A stretch of DNA of 64,000 bases. Source: a bacterium (GTDB lineage Bacteria > SZUA-182 > DTGQ01 > JAFGSM01). Each line of letters opens with the position of its first letter. Position 1 is the first letter of the stretch. Positions 52,139-62,145 of the stretch are shown in pieces. A program made the translations under genes and the position numbers. The stretch covers positions 15,091-79,090 of the forward strand of contig JBLIRN010000010.1 in the NCBI GenBank assembly GCA_049472315.1. Direction: 5' to 3'. The notes beneath the pieces are model-generated. The model was given only the letters and a program-made list of their open reading frames with translations. It ran no database searches and was not told the DNA's origin.

Positions 52139-52714
52139 TGGGCACTATGCTCTTAAGCAGCAATGGTTTCGAAAAACAGCACAATCATTGTTAATGGACG
52201 AGATGCCGGAAACCGGCGTCGGGGTGAGTCAATATACGCTAAAACCCATTATATTTTATATATATATCACACAAGGAACGGGATTACAAGGCGCATGGAG
52301 CCTGTGCCCGGCATATAAATGGCAATACCATGCAGCATCGAATGATTTTACGTACAACCGGTGCTGTTGCGTTGGGGATGTGAACATGGACTGACCCTGT
52401 CTGCTATATTGACTTCGGCAACGGTTGTGTGGTAGTGGTAATACGTTTTTCAAATATGCGATGGAATAGTCCGAGATGAGGTGAACCCGAGATTTCTGAC
52501 GCTGTCACCACCGTGAACGTTCCCATGATCATATTCGCCGCTTCATTGAAGATGTGCTTCAATCACTGTTTATCCCGCCAGTCAGCCGGTTTCACGGCAG
52601 TCCTGCAATACAAGGAATCATATGCCCCGCCAGCGAACCGACACCGTCTATCCCTGCCCCTCATGTAGGGATGGAACGTGGCAGCTCACCGCTAACAGAG
52701 GGAGGTTGAACAAC

Positions 52715-54520
52715 ATGAAAAAGGGATTCTTTCCGGTATTCGTCATCGTACTCGTTGTTGTATGCATGGTATGCCTTCTACCTTTCACGCCTCACCGCGC
52801 CTTTGCACAGATAAACTGTATTGATATGGCGGAATACCCTTCTGCCAGGCAGTACCAGGTGCCGGTCCCCTGGGTTTTTTGGTTGGTTGATGCCGATGAC
52901 CCCACTATTTACATGCCCTGGGTACGACTCTCCCCCTCCAGCGGGGAAAGCCTGTACATACGTTGGTACTATGCATTCTTTTTCCCTCCCGATCCCAATG
53001 AGAGCCGCAGATTCCCTTCTCTTGATGAGCTTTTCTGGGATACCAATACCGATCAACCGGCATCGATTCTGGGTGCGACGGATTGGATCATGGGAAATCC
53101 CGATGCAGTTCCATTGAACCCGGCTGGAGTAATGCTCGATGCCCCTCTCGATCCTATAGGAAATTATGGCGCCGTTCTCGTAGCCCTGGAGGTCCTTAAC
53201 GAGGGTTCCGAGGTAATCGGCCATTCCATCAGTGAAGCGATCATACGATCAGAATCCGGAGGAATCGTTGAGTTTGCGGTCAATTTCGACACAATGAATA
53301 CCACCGGCCATAGCATAACGGGTTTTGAACTGGATTTTTCAGGGATATGGCTCTCCTGTTTCTATGGTGATGTACTCGATGCACAGGGATTTATCGTGGG
53401 AGAGGAAGGAAATTGGGGCTACGACCCAACACCCGATCTATCGAAGCCCCTCATCGTGATCCACAGTTATTCCCCCGAAAAAAGCCAGCTTATGTGGGCG
53501 GACCAGGAAAGACCTCTCGAAAACCACGAGTGGGTGCATCTTGGTATTCATTGCACCTTAACAACTATCCCTTCTTTTATCATCAACGATACCACTACCG
53601 AAGTAACAGGGTATATGACCTCGATGGACATTTGCGATGACACGGATGCTGACGCGGATGGATTCTCTGAGTGTGCAGGCGACTGCGATGATGCGGACCC
53701 TGAGATCTATCCGGGTGCACCTGAACTGTGCGACGGGAAGGATAATGACTGTGACCCTGATTCTGCCGACGGTGCGGACGAGATGAGCATCGGGGAGCCG
53801 TGCGACGGCCTCGATACGGACTTTTGTGAAGAGGGAAGTATCATTTGTCTGGATGGTGCGCTCGTTTGTTCGGACACAACCGACGATACTGTAGAAATAT
53901 GCAATGGATTGGATGACGATTGTGACGGCGTTGTATCGGGCAATGAGATCGATGATGACAACGATGGATACTTTGAATGTGAGGGCGACTGCGATGACGC
54001 GGACCCGAACACCTATCCCGGGGCACCCGAGCTGTGCGATGGAATGGACAACAACTGCGACGGGGTGATCGATGAGGGGTGTGTTCCGCCAGTTTGCGAG
54101 CCGTTGACCCAGGGATTCTGGAAAAGGATCTGCGACGGGCTAGGAAAAAAAAAGCCTCATCCCGAAACGCCCGAGGGATTCGGGGACGACGAGAATGCGG
54201 AGCTGTGCGGGTGTGTCCAGGTCAAGGACAAGGACACCAGCGACCCTTGCGTGAAGGCGGATGCCCAGTATGCGGCCCTGCTTTTCAACATCAAATACGG
54301 ATTCCTCACCGGCTCCTGCAAGGTAGACCAGGATGTGGTCCAGGGGATACTCAATGAGCACAACTCCGATATCCCTATCCAGGATATAAACGATGTGGAG
54401 GATGTCGCAGGGCTCATCGCGTCGCTGCTCGAGCCGGTGGATCGTGATCCTGATGACTGCAAGCTTGCCCAGGCCCTTGCGGACGCCGTCAACACCCGGT
54501 TGGCCCTGGCGGATGAGTAA
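52715..54520 (+). CDS. Secreted Cys/Asp-rich protein with MopE-like putative metal-binding repeats
   Basis: Signal ending AFA-Q; repeats DxDxDGF/Y...GDCDDADPxxYPGAPELCDGxDNxCD; C-terminal TQGFW-containing domain. Confidence 0.75.
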   Translation: MKKGFFPVFVIVLVVVCMVCLLPFTPHRAFAQINCIDMAEYPSARQYQVPVPWVFWLVDADDPTIYMPWVRLSPSSGESLYIRWYYAFFFPPDPNESRRFPSLDELFWDTNTDQPASILGATDWIMGNPDAVPLNPAGVMLDAPLDPIGNYGAVLVALEVLNEGSEVIGHSISEAIIRSESGGIVEFAVNFDTMNTTGHSITGFELDFSGIWLSCFYGDVLDAQGFIVGEEGNWGYDPTPDLSKPLIVIHSYSPEKSQLMWADQERPLENHEWVHLGIHCTLTTIPSFIINDTTTEVTGYMTSMDICDDTDADADGFSECAGDCDDADPEIYPGAPELCDGKDNDCDPDSADGADEMSIGEPCDGLDTDFCEEGSIICLDGALVCSDTTDDTVEICNGLDDDCDGVVSGNEIDDDNDGYFECEGDCDDADPNTYPGAPELCDGMDNNCDGVIDEGCVPPVCEPLTQGFWKRICDGLGKKKPHPETPEGFGDDENAELCGCVQVKDKDTSDPCVKADAQYAALLFNIKYGFLTGSCKVDQDVVQGILNEHNSDIPIQDINDVEDVAGLIASLLEPVDRDPDDCKLAQALADAVNTRLALADE

Positions 54521-54854
54521 AATCCATACCGTCTGCTTTTAAAGAGCCTGCAGCCTTTTAATGGTATAGGTGATTGACGCCGTATCGAGATTCAATTTCC
54601 TGCTTGCTACGCCTTCGGGATGGTGAATCTGAACGTGGAGCCCTGTCCCGGGATGCTCTGACCGTGCAGGCGGGCATATACCTTTTCACCATTTTTCGGA
54701 TCTGCATCATTGATGTGAGGGAATCCTCGTGTATCTTCAGCAAATTACTCCCATGTTAAGAGATTGTTCGAAAAATCTGTCGAAGTGCATACTCGCAGGC
54801 ATAAATACATTTCCAGTAATATAATAATTTATTATTATGTTATGGCACAATTTG

Positions 54855-54883
54855 TTGCATAAAGGTAAAATTTATGGTATACT
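54855..54883 (+). promoter_or_regulatory. Sigma70-type promoter of the YGG-repeat gene
   Basis: TTGCAT-17 nt-TATACT with extended -10 TG. Confidence 0.55.
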
Positions 54884-55000
54884 TAACAACATCATAACAA
54901 ATATCTCCGTATTCCCAAAAAGGCATGACCATAGTTAATCATTTTGCCTTTCGGAACGTCATATTTCTTCTTCAATCTCTCAAAAAGGGAGGATGCTGCT

Positions 55001-55522
55001 ATGCGTCTCTATCTCGTCCGGATTCTATGTATCATCTCACTCTCAATCTGTCTTGCGTTCGTTTTCTCACCTGCAGGGGCCTACTATGCCCCACCCGGCA
55101 ATGCATTCGGCGTGGACCCGCTCGCTCCAGGGATTGACTTCGATCTCGATCTCGACAGACTTGCCTTGCAGTATTACGGCATTGGCCTCGGCCTGTATGG
55201 GGGCGTCTACGGTGGGCTCTATGGCGGTCTCTATGGAGGGTTGTACGGGGGCCTTTACGGAGGCGGTCTGTATGGCGGCCTTGGCCTATATGGCGGGTTG
55301 TATGGAGGCATATATGGTGGCCTGTACGGCGGCGGGCTCTATGGCGGGTTGTACGGCGGCGGTCTCTATGGTGGTCTGTACGGAGGCCTTGGCCTGTATG
55401 GCGGATTGTATGGAGGCACATATGGTGGCCTGTACGGCGGTCTCTATGGTGGTAGCCTCTATGGTGGTCTGTACGGCGGTCTCTATGGACTTGGCGGCCT
55501 CACCGGTTGGCCGGTCGTTTAA
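55001..55522 (+). CDS. Secreted Gly/Leu/Tyr-rich (LYGG)n repeat protein, 173 aa
   Basis: Strong SD (AAGGGAGG), signal peptide ending AGA, about 22 xYGG units with synonymous codon variation, downstream terminator. Confidence 0.8.
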   Translation: MRLYLVRILCIISLSICLAFVFSPAGAYYAPPGNAFGVDPLAPGIDFDLDLDRLALQYYGIGLGLYGGVYGGLYGGLYGGLYGGLYGGGLYGGLGLYGGLYGGIYGGLYGGGLYGGLYGGGLYGGLYGGLGLYGGLYGGTYGGLYGGLYGGSLYGGLYGGLYGLGGLTGWPVV

Positions 55523-55661
55523 TATCCTCCTGCGCATCAGGACATCCAAAGGTATATAGCAACGAAACCCATTATCCGCAAAAACACAGCATGACCCTTT
55601 TCGTAGGCATCGTCAATGCCCTTCGAACCCTTGGCCCTGAGGAAGGTTGGTAAAGGGAGGG

Positions 55662-55702
55662 ACATCCTCCTGCTGCGATGCAGCAGGAGGATGTGACTTT
55701 TT
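55662..55702 (+). terminator. Intrinsic terminator
   Basis: ACATCCTCCTGCTGC-GAT-GCAGCAGGAGGATGT followed by GAC and a T-run. Confidence 0.8.
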
Positions 55703-55980
55703 ATGAGCGGTCTGAATTATGCTCGTTAATGAGCAGCGGCTATGTCTTGGTTTTTTCGTCCCAGGAAGTAATCGGTGATTCTTTGCCACAGCATTCTACA
55801 GATCAATACTTAGTATAAACAAGAAATAATATATATAATATGACATCTCCGGGATTTGAACAACCTCCCGTGATCCGAATCCTCTCATAACACAACCTTC
55901 TTACCCGTTCATTTCCGAACCCATAGTCCACATTGGCATCGGACTAAAGAACCCTTTTCGTCGATGAGATAGTACGGGGC

Positions 55981-58848
55981 TTGATAGTTGACCATTTGTG
56001 GCACAGGGGACAAGGTTTGAGGGAAGTCAATCCGGAAGTGGACAATAGAACTCCCAAACGGGCCGTAATCCTGATGATTTCACTATGGCTTATGGTCCAT
56101 CCATTCAGTCTCCATGGATTTATGTCTCCCAGGGAGGATCATAATCAACGTATCCGCCCGATGCACCTCCATGCCCCGGTCACCCCAATCCGGAGGGAAA
56201 AGGTCCTCCATTCACTAAGGGAAATTGACGGGGGCGCATTCGAGGGCGCAAATGGCCCCGGCTGGAGGGTGATCATCAATCCTTCCACCGATATGCCCTC
56301 CCGTATATACGGAGGGAAGGCGCGGCTGTTGAGCGGACATCGGGCGCGAAGCATTGACGAATCCTCGGATCACGAGGAACTGATCGGTGCATGCAAGGAT
56401 TTCATCCATCGGCACAATGCGCTTTTCAAAATCGGGGTAGAGGATCTGCAGGCAACCGCAGTCACCGACAGGGGATGGGTCCGCCTGGTGCATTTCCAGC
56501 AGAACTACAGGGAAAGGGTCGTGTACGGCGCCTACCTCACCCTTATCATTGACGCGCAGGGCAATATACTGTCCATGGGCATGAATCTGTTCCCTGGGAT
56601 AGGTATCGGAGATGCTCCGGAGGTGCATGAGGAGAGGCTTCGGGCGGTAATAAGCAGGGATTTGAGGATTGATGATGTGGGGATGTATGATAGCCAGGGG
56701 CTGGTTGAATTCATTACTCGGGGGCAGGTGGCATACCCGGTTATAGACGATTCCGGAGTTTCCTTCTGCTGGGCGGTGCTGCTCGATGTACGGATCTCTT
56801 CCCCGCTGCAGCGTTGGCGGTATTGCATTGATGCACATACCGTGAGAATCCTCGAACGGGTTGATTGTACACACTATGTGGTGAATGGGGACATAACAGG
56901 GGAGATCCTGCCGGAATACCATGATGATGCACCGGTGGACATGCCGCTTCCGGACCTCAGGATCACCCTGTTGAGGCTTGATTCGCCCCTGTTTTTCGAT
57001 CCCTTCGATGAGGATCCCTGCTGGAGCGGCGCCATTCCTGGATTCGGATGGGAATTCGGCGCTCCCGCGCCACAGGATGATGCAGGGGGACACGCCGATC
57101 CGGGGCGTGCCCACACAGGGGTCTATGTGTATGGCTTTAATCTGGGCGGGTCATATCCTGTGTGCATGCCGGAGCCGCACTATCTTACCATGACGCAGCC
57201 GATCGATTGCTCAAGCGAGGACAAGGTGGGCCTCCTTTACTGGAGGTGGCTGGGAGTAAAGGGCTCTACGAATGACCGGGCGACAGTTGAGATATGGGAT
57301 CATTCTCAGGGAATGTGGCAGTCCGTGTGGGAGAATCAGGAAGAGGATCTGTATGACGGCGGCTGGCGGCCCATATTCCATGACATTTCACCATGGACAG
57401 CGGAAAATCCCGAGGTTTTGGTCAGGTGGGGCATGGGGCCAACTAATGGTGATGAGGGCCTTTGTGGGTGGAACATTGATGATGTGGGTCTGTACAGCAC
57501 GATCCATACCTTTTCGGATGACACGGGGGATTTCGAGCTCTCCGTGGAGGATTCCCATAACATGATCCTTGCCGTTTTGGAGGGAAGATACTTCAGGGTC
57601 GTCAGCAACGAGGAGGCCGGAATCACGTCCGTTGGGCATATATCAAGGGATTCTCGGGAAATGGGCATCCATTTCACCAGAAAAAGCACGTATGAGGAAA
57701 TAAGCGGTACGGGGGTCATCAATGCCCTGGATGGTATCGATGAAATCAATGCATACTATCATGCGAACAGGATGATCCGCCATATCCAGGCGATCGATCC
57801 CGATTTCTTGAGTTCCCCCGGCCCCGGGCTTCTTCCCATCACGATCACCGTGCGCTACGATGAGCACTATAACAATGCCTTATGGCTCGCAGGGGAGGGC
57901 GTCTTCCTGGGCGAGGGGGACGGATTTTCATACCGCAACTTCGCCCATTTTTCCGATGTCATCTACCATGAGGTAACCCATGCCGTAACGGATATCATGT
58001 ACGGATATCTGTGGGGTGAAGCATCTTCCATTCATCAAGCATCCCTGAGGATGTACGGGGCAACAGGCCAATTTGACGCCATGCATGAGGCATTTTCGGA
58101 TTACTGGGCCTGTACCCTCAACGATGACAGCAAGATAGGGGACGGCGGCTTCCTCGTGTCATCCCAAAAGGATTGTGTCAGGGATCTGGAAAATGACCTG
58201 CGTTTTCCAGCCGACTACGGGAATGAATTATACAAAAACAGCCTCATGCTCTCTGGGGCCATGTGGAATGTGCGGCAGCGCCTGAGAGAGGAATGCGGCG
58301 ATCATGGGGTGCGCATAGCGGATACCCTGTTTCATATAGCCCGGGAGGCGCGATCAAGGACGTTCAGGGATTTTCTCCTGGATGTCCTTATGGTCGACGA
58401 GGCAGGATACGCCTCTGAGCATGCGGAATCGATCCTTGAAGGCTTCGGTGAGAAGGGTATCGGTATTCCCCCTCCGCCACCCGCATCACTGATGATCGAG
58501 GAAACAGAGGAAGGAGTCCGTGTCTCCTGGGCACGGTGCCCTGATGCAGCTGGTTATTGCATCTATGTGCAGGAGGAATGGTCGCCATGGTTTGGAAATG
58601 GTGAACTGAGGGCAGACTTCGGAAGCACTAAGGCCATACGGGTGGATGTCGGAGATACGGATAATTACCTTCTTATCGGACTTTATTCAGGGGATTATAT
58701 AATAAGAGTGAGCGCTTATAATAAATATGGTGCAGAGAGTGCCGCCTCACCGGAGAGAAGTCTCTCTGTCGGCCAGGAACCCCAAGGCCCATCATTCAAA
58801 ATATTGGATGAGTATTTGAAAGGATTGTGTTTCATAGAAAGTCTGTAG
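55981..58848 (+). CDS. Secreted zinc metallopeptidase (thermolysin M4/M36-like) with FTP-type propeptide, inserted jelly-roll domain, FN3-like domain and CFI C-terminus; start uncertain
   Basis: VHFQQ...VYGA propeptide, NNALW, HEVTH, HEAFSDY, FN3-like VSW...Y.IRVSAYN, ends GLCFIESL. Confidence 0.8.
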   Translation: MIVDHLWHRGQGLREVNPEVDNRTPKRAVILMISLWLMVHPFSLHGFMSPREDHNQRIRPMHLHAPVTPIRREKVLHSLREIDGGAFEGANGPGWRVIINPSTDMPSRIYGGKARLLSGHRARSIDESSDHEELIGACKDFIHRHNALFKIGVEDLQATAVTDRGWVRLVHFQQNYRERVVYGAYLTLIIDAQGNILSMGMNLFPGIGIGDAPEVHEERLRAVISRDLRIDDVGMYDSQGLVEFITRGQVAYPVIDDSGVSFCWAVLLDVRISSPLQRWRYCIDAHTVRILERVDCTHYVVNGDITGEILPEYHDDAPVDMPLPDLRITLLRLDSPLFFDPFDEDPCWSGAIPGFGWEFGAPAPQDDAGGHADPGRAHTGVYVYGFNLGGSYPVCMPEPHYLTMTQPIDCSSEDKVGLLYWRWLGVKGSTNDRATVEIWDHSQGMWQSVWENQEEDLYDGGWRPIFHDISPWTAENPEVLVRWGMGPTNGDEGLCGWNIDDVGLYSTIHTFSDDTGDFELSVEDSHNMILAVLEGRYFRVVSNEEAGITSVGHISRDSREMGIHFTRKSTYEEISGTGVINALDGIDEINAYYHANRMIRHIQAIDPDFLSSPGPGLLPITITVRYDEHYNNALWLAGEGVFLGEGDGFSYRNFAHFSDVIYHEVTHAVTDIMYGYLWGEASSIHQASLRMYGATGQFDAMHEAFSDYWACTLNDDSKIGDGGFLVSSQKDCVRDLENDLRFPADYGNELYKNSLMLSGAMWNVRQRLREECGDHGVRIADTLFHIAREARSRTFRDFLLDVLMVDEAGYASEHAESILEGFGEKGIGIPPPPPASLMIEETEEGVRVSWARCPDAAGYCIYVQEEWSPWFGNGELRADFGSTKAIRVDVGDTDNYLLIGLYSGDYIIRVSAYNKYGAESAASPERSLSVGQEPQGPSFKILDEYLKGLCFIESL

Positions 58849-59000
58849 ATCACCGCCTGCGTTCATGTGCTTGAAAAAGGGTTTGTTTTTTCGGATATGC
58901 ACGCTGCATCTTGGCTATCTGTTTGAAAAAATCCTTGCCATTATGCCCTTTTATGTCATGATATCAAGAGGACATGGATTATATTGACGGCATATGATTC

Positions 59001-59879
59001 TTATGGTTGAGAGCATAAACGGTCCATGTCGATAGAACGAAGGAGCGCAAGGTTCCTCCTGTCCTCTTCCATGCTTACTCCCTTTGGTGTCTCCAGGACC
59101 ATTGGTACTTGCACAAAGCGCACGTCGTGAAGGATGAGGCGGAATGCCTCGTTACCCAGATATCCCCTGCCGATGTGCTCGTGCCGGTCCCGCCGGGAAC
59201 CAAGCCTCGCCTTGGAGTCGTTCAGGTGAAAGGCGCGAATGCGGGACAGGCCGATGATACGGTCGAATGCCTCGAAGGTTGCCTCGTATGTCTCAGGGGT
59301 CCGCAGGTCATACCCAGCGGCGAATGCATGGGAGGTGTCGAAACACACCCCGATGCGGTCTTGGTTCCGAATCGAGCTCATGATCTCGGCAAGGTGCTCG
59401 AACCGGTATCCGAGGTTGCTCCCTTGACCGGACGTAGTTTCCAAAAGGATCCCCACACTCGATCCGAAGGTCTCATCAAGCATCCGGTTGAGGTTTTGGG
59501 CGATGCTCCGCAATCCCTGCCTTTCTCCGCTTCCCATGTGGGATCCCGGGTGTATCACCAGAAAGGGAAGGCCGAGCTGTTCGGCCCGATGCATCTCTTC
59601 GCGCATGGAGACAAGGGATTTGCGGGATTTTTCACGATCCGGCGAGGCGAGATTGATCAAATAGTTGTTGTGTCCGAAGATGCATCGAACCAGGGGCCTT
59701 TTCTGATGGAAACGCTCCAGGACCTCTAATGGGATGGTCCGCGAAACCCAGCGGTTGTTGAACCCGGTAAAGATCTGGATTGCGGTGCACCCCAGGGACA
59801 CGCCCCGGTCGATAGCCCTGTCCACCCCCCCGGCAATGGACATGTGCGCCCCCAGGAGCCTCTCTATTGTGTCGGCCAT
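59001..59879 (-). CDS. nfo: Endonuclease IV
   Basis: LGAHMSIAGG, YLINLAS, HPGSH, ETTSGQG, DTSHAF, HLNDS, DRHEHIG, ETPK. Confidence 0.96.
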   Translation of the reverse strand: MADTIERLLGAHMSIAGGVDRAIDRGVSLGCTAIQIFTGFNNRWVSRTIPLEVLERFHQKRPLVRCIFGHNNYLINLASPDREKSRKSLVSMREEMHRAEQLGLPFLVIHPGSHMGSGERQGLRSIAQNLNRMLDETFGSSVGILLETTSGQGSNLGYRFEHLAEIMSSIRNQDRIGVCFDTSHAFAAGYDLRTPETYEATFEAFDRIIGLSRIRAFHLNDSKARLGSRRDRHEHIGRGYLGNEAFRLILHDVRFVQVPMVLETPKGVSMEEDRRNLALLRSIDMDRLCSQP

Positions 59880-59974
59880 TAAGGCCTCCTATGTCTTTGC
59901 CCTTTTGGTTCAATGACTTTGATGTGTCGGCACGCGGATGGGGAACGTAATGCGAAGTTGCCCCCCCTTTTAAT

Positions 59975-60063
59975 CCCGTGGAACTACAACGGTCTGATCT
60001 GTCAGCTACAGCAAACCAGGCACTGGTTTCAACAAATAGGGTAATTTTCCCATCCGCTGGCAT
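59975..60063 (-). pseudogene. Truncated VapC/PIN toxin remnant
   Basis: MPADGKITLFVETSAWFAVADRSD resembles a VapC N-terminus (FVDTSAW) and overlaps the antitoxin stop codon; similarity ends after about 28 codons. Confidence 0.65.
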
Positions 60064-60308
60064 TATTTCTTCTTTGAAGTCAAATAATGGTCATGTTTTT
60101 TTGAAATATCTTCCATCCCGGATTCGCCCAGCTTCATAATATTCATTGCCGGGTCGTTTTCCGGAGGAAGATCGGCAATACATTTTGAAATGCAGGATCG
60201 TATGATTGAAGCCTTGGATTTTCCACTCGTCTTGGACAAGAAATTAATGACCTTTTCCTGTTTGGGTTCCAGATAAACCTGAATGGGGATGTTTTTGTTT
60301 TTTTTCAT
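60063..60308 (-). CDS. Ribbon-helix-helix (CopG-like) antitoxin
   Basis: IQVYL...SGKSKASIIRSCI...DP...G.SG..DISKKHDHYL; AT-rich. Confidence 0.8.
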   Translation of the reverse strand: MKKNKNIPIQVYLEPKQEKVINFLSKTSGKSKASIIRSCISKCIADLPPENDPAMNIMKLGESGMEDISKKHDHYLTSKKK

Positions 60309-60528
60309 ATCACCATTCTTTTATGCATTTTTTATGTTACATACCTTCACGACAAATATTAACATGTCATGTAATAAAATAATTGTCAACCGGGATTTGC
60401 TTGGCCAAACCTTGGAGGGAAAGTTGCACCGAACCCAAAAAGCTCTTAAGAGTTTGAAAGCGGGCGAACGTGGTTAATGTGTGGGGTTTGGGTGGGTACA
60501 TGTATAGCTGGTTTTATTCATAAAAGGC

Positions 60529-60560
60529 GTCAGGGATGGCCGGGGCCGGCCATTCCTGAC
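60529..60560 (-). terminator. Probable terminator after pstS
   Basis: GTCAGGGATGGCC...GGCCATTCCTGAC stem, followed on the minus strand by GCCTTTT. Confidence 0.55.
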
Positions 60561-60624
60561 AAACCACCATATAATGTGTCCTCCCTTTTCATTGAGGGGA
60601 AATAAGGAGGAGTGGGATGGGGCA

Positions 60625-61512
60625 TTACATACCGATATTCTTTTTGTTGCCCTTCTGATATTCCCCGGTCACGGGGAAGAATCCCTCCTCTTCAATGATC
60701 CTCTGCCCCTCCGGGCCGATCTCAAAGGCGATGAAATCCTTTACCGCTCCTGTGGGCATGCCGTTCACGTACTGGAAAAGCGGCCTGGCGACGGGATATC
60801 GTCCGGTTTCCACGGCCTCGGTCTCGAGCGGGCTCGTGTATTCACCCCCGGCCTGAGCAGCGACATACAGCACGGTGATTCCCTCGGCGTCCTTTACATA
60901 GCCGACGCCTACATAGCCGATCCCCGTTTCATCCTGCCTTACGCTCTCCACGATCTGGGTATTCCCGTTCATGCGGTTCATCTTGGGTGAATAGTCCCCC
61001 TTGAGTACGTGCTCGGCGAAAAACACAAAGGTTCCGGAATTGGATTGCCGCCCATACAGGGTAATCGGCTTGTCCTTTCCACCGACATCCTTCCAGTTCG
61101 TAATCTCGCTGCGGAACATGGCGCCGATCTGGTCCATGGTGAGCTTGGTGACCAGGTTCTTCATATTGGTGATCACGCTCAGGCCATCGATTCCTATCAC
61201 CACCACCCTGGGATCAACGCCCCGCTCGCCGGCAAGCTGAATTTCCTTATCCTCCATGGGACGCGAGGCATCGGAAATATCGCATTTCCCGTCGATCAGG
61301 GCGGCTATGCCGGTGCCCGAGCCTCCGCCGGTCACCGCAATCATGGCCTGCGGGTGCTTTTCCATGTACTGTTCCGCCAGGGTTTGCACAAGATTGATGA
61401 GCGTATCGGATCCCTTGATTTGGATCATGTTCTGTGCCGCGCCCACCGAAGAAAAAAGCATGATAAGCGCAACGGCCACCACGAGGCCCTTCATGTATTT
61501 TGTCATTATCAT
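60625..61512 (-). CDS. pstS: Phosphate ABC transporter substrate-binding protein
   Basis: IKGSDT, GGGSGTGIAAL, ASR, RQSNSGT, IGYVG, YPVARPLF. Confidence 0.92.
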   Translation of the reverse strand: MIMTKYMKGLVVAVALIMLFSSVGAAQNMIQIKGSDTLINLVQTLAEQYMEKHPQAMIAVTGGGSGTGIAALIDGKCDISDASRPMEDKEIQLAGERGVDPRVVVIGIDGLSVITNMKNLVTKLTMDQIGAMFRSEITNWKDVGGKDKPITLYGRQSNSGTFVFFAEHVLKGDYSPKMNRMNGNTQIVESVRQDETGIGYVGVGYVKDAEGITVLYVAAQAGGEYTSPLETEAVETGRYPVARPLFQYVNGMPTGAVKDFIAFEIGPEGQRIIEEEGFFPVTGEYQKGNKKNIGM

Positions 61513-61610
61513 TCCCCCTTTTCATGGCGCGAATCCTCGGATCGAGCCATGCATCATCGAGTTACACGATCAATTTACGTTTGCATTACTTGAAAATGTA
61601 TCCTGTTCCA

Positions 61611-61818
61611 CCAACCAAGCTTTGTCAGGCGAAGCGAAGCGGAGCACTATGGAGCCCCTACCGGCCATATAAAGGCCCGCGACTTCACCAACCAAACTTC
61701 GATAGAGCGGAGCGAAGCGAAGCTACTAAAACAAGCCTTCTTAAGACAAAAACGGTTCCATTTGCCTCCAACAAAACTTCGTTAGAGCGGAGCGAAGCTA
61801 CTATACTATGCCTTCTTC
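61611..61818. repeat. Three degenerate copies of an approximately 45-bp unit at 77-80 bp spacing
   Basis: CCAAC(C/A)AA(A/G)CTT.G..AG(A)GCG(G/A)AGCGAAGC at 61611, 61688 and 61768. Confidence 0.6.
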
Positions 61819-62145
61819 CATAAAAAGCGGTTAGGTTTTCTACCTTCCACTGAATACGGTAAGCCTTTATCATTCCTAATAATACACAAACAATGTGAAG
61901 CAGCGTTTACGAAGGAGTGACAATTCTGTGAAATATAATCACCGGTTGAAATGACAGGTTGAGTGAAGTGATTGCGATGGATACCATGTGACGATTAGGT
62001 GAAATATGATTTGACGTTGAAAGATTCGCGGTTCGTGGCAATGGACTATTTCTCCATTCTGTATTAGAATATCGGACTACAATAATGGGTTACCGCTCGA
62101 ACAAGATTGATCGAACGGGGATCGGAAGGGAACGACGGCGTGAGC

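Noticed and set aside
54843..54859. Sigma54 promoter TGGCACAATTTGTTGCA
   Set aside because: GG-to-GC spacing is 11 nt rather than 10; an overlapping sigma70 promoter fits better.
54993..55559. Alternative frames over the YGG repeat
   Set aside because: Third-position variation preserves the Gly/Leu/Tyr frame, which also has the SD and signal peptide.
59632..60063. 143-aa ORF as a full gene
   Set aside because: Only the first ~28 codons are PIN-like; the rest runs out of frame into nfo.
61611..61818. CRISPR array
   Set aside because: Only three strongly divergent units and no cas genes; kept as an unclassified repeat.
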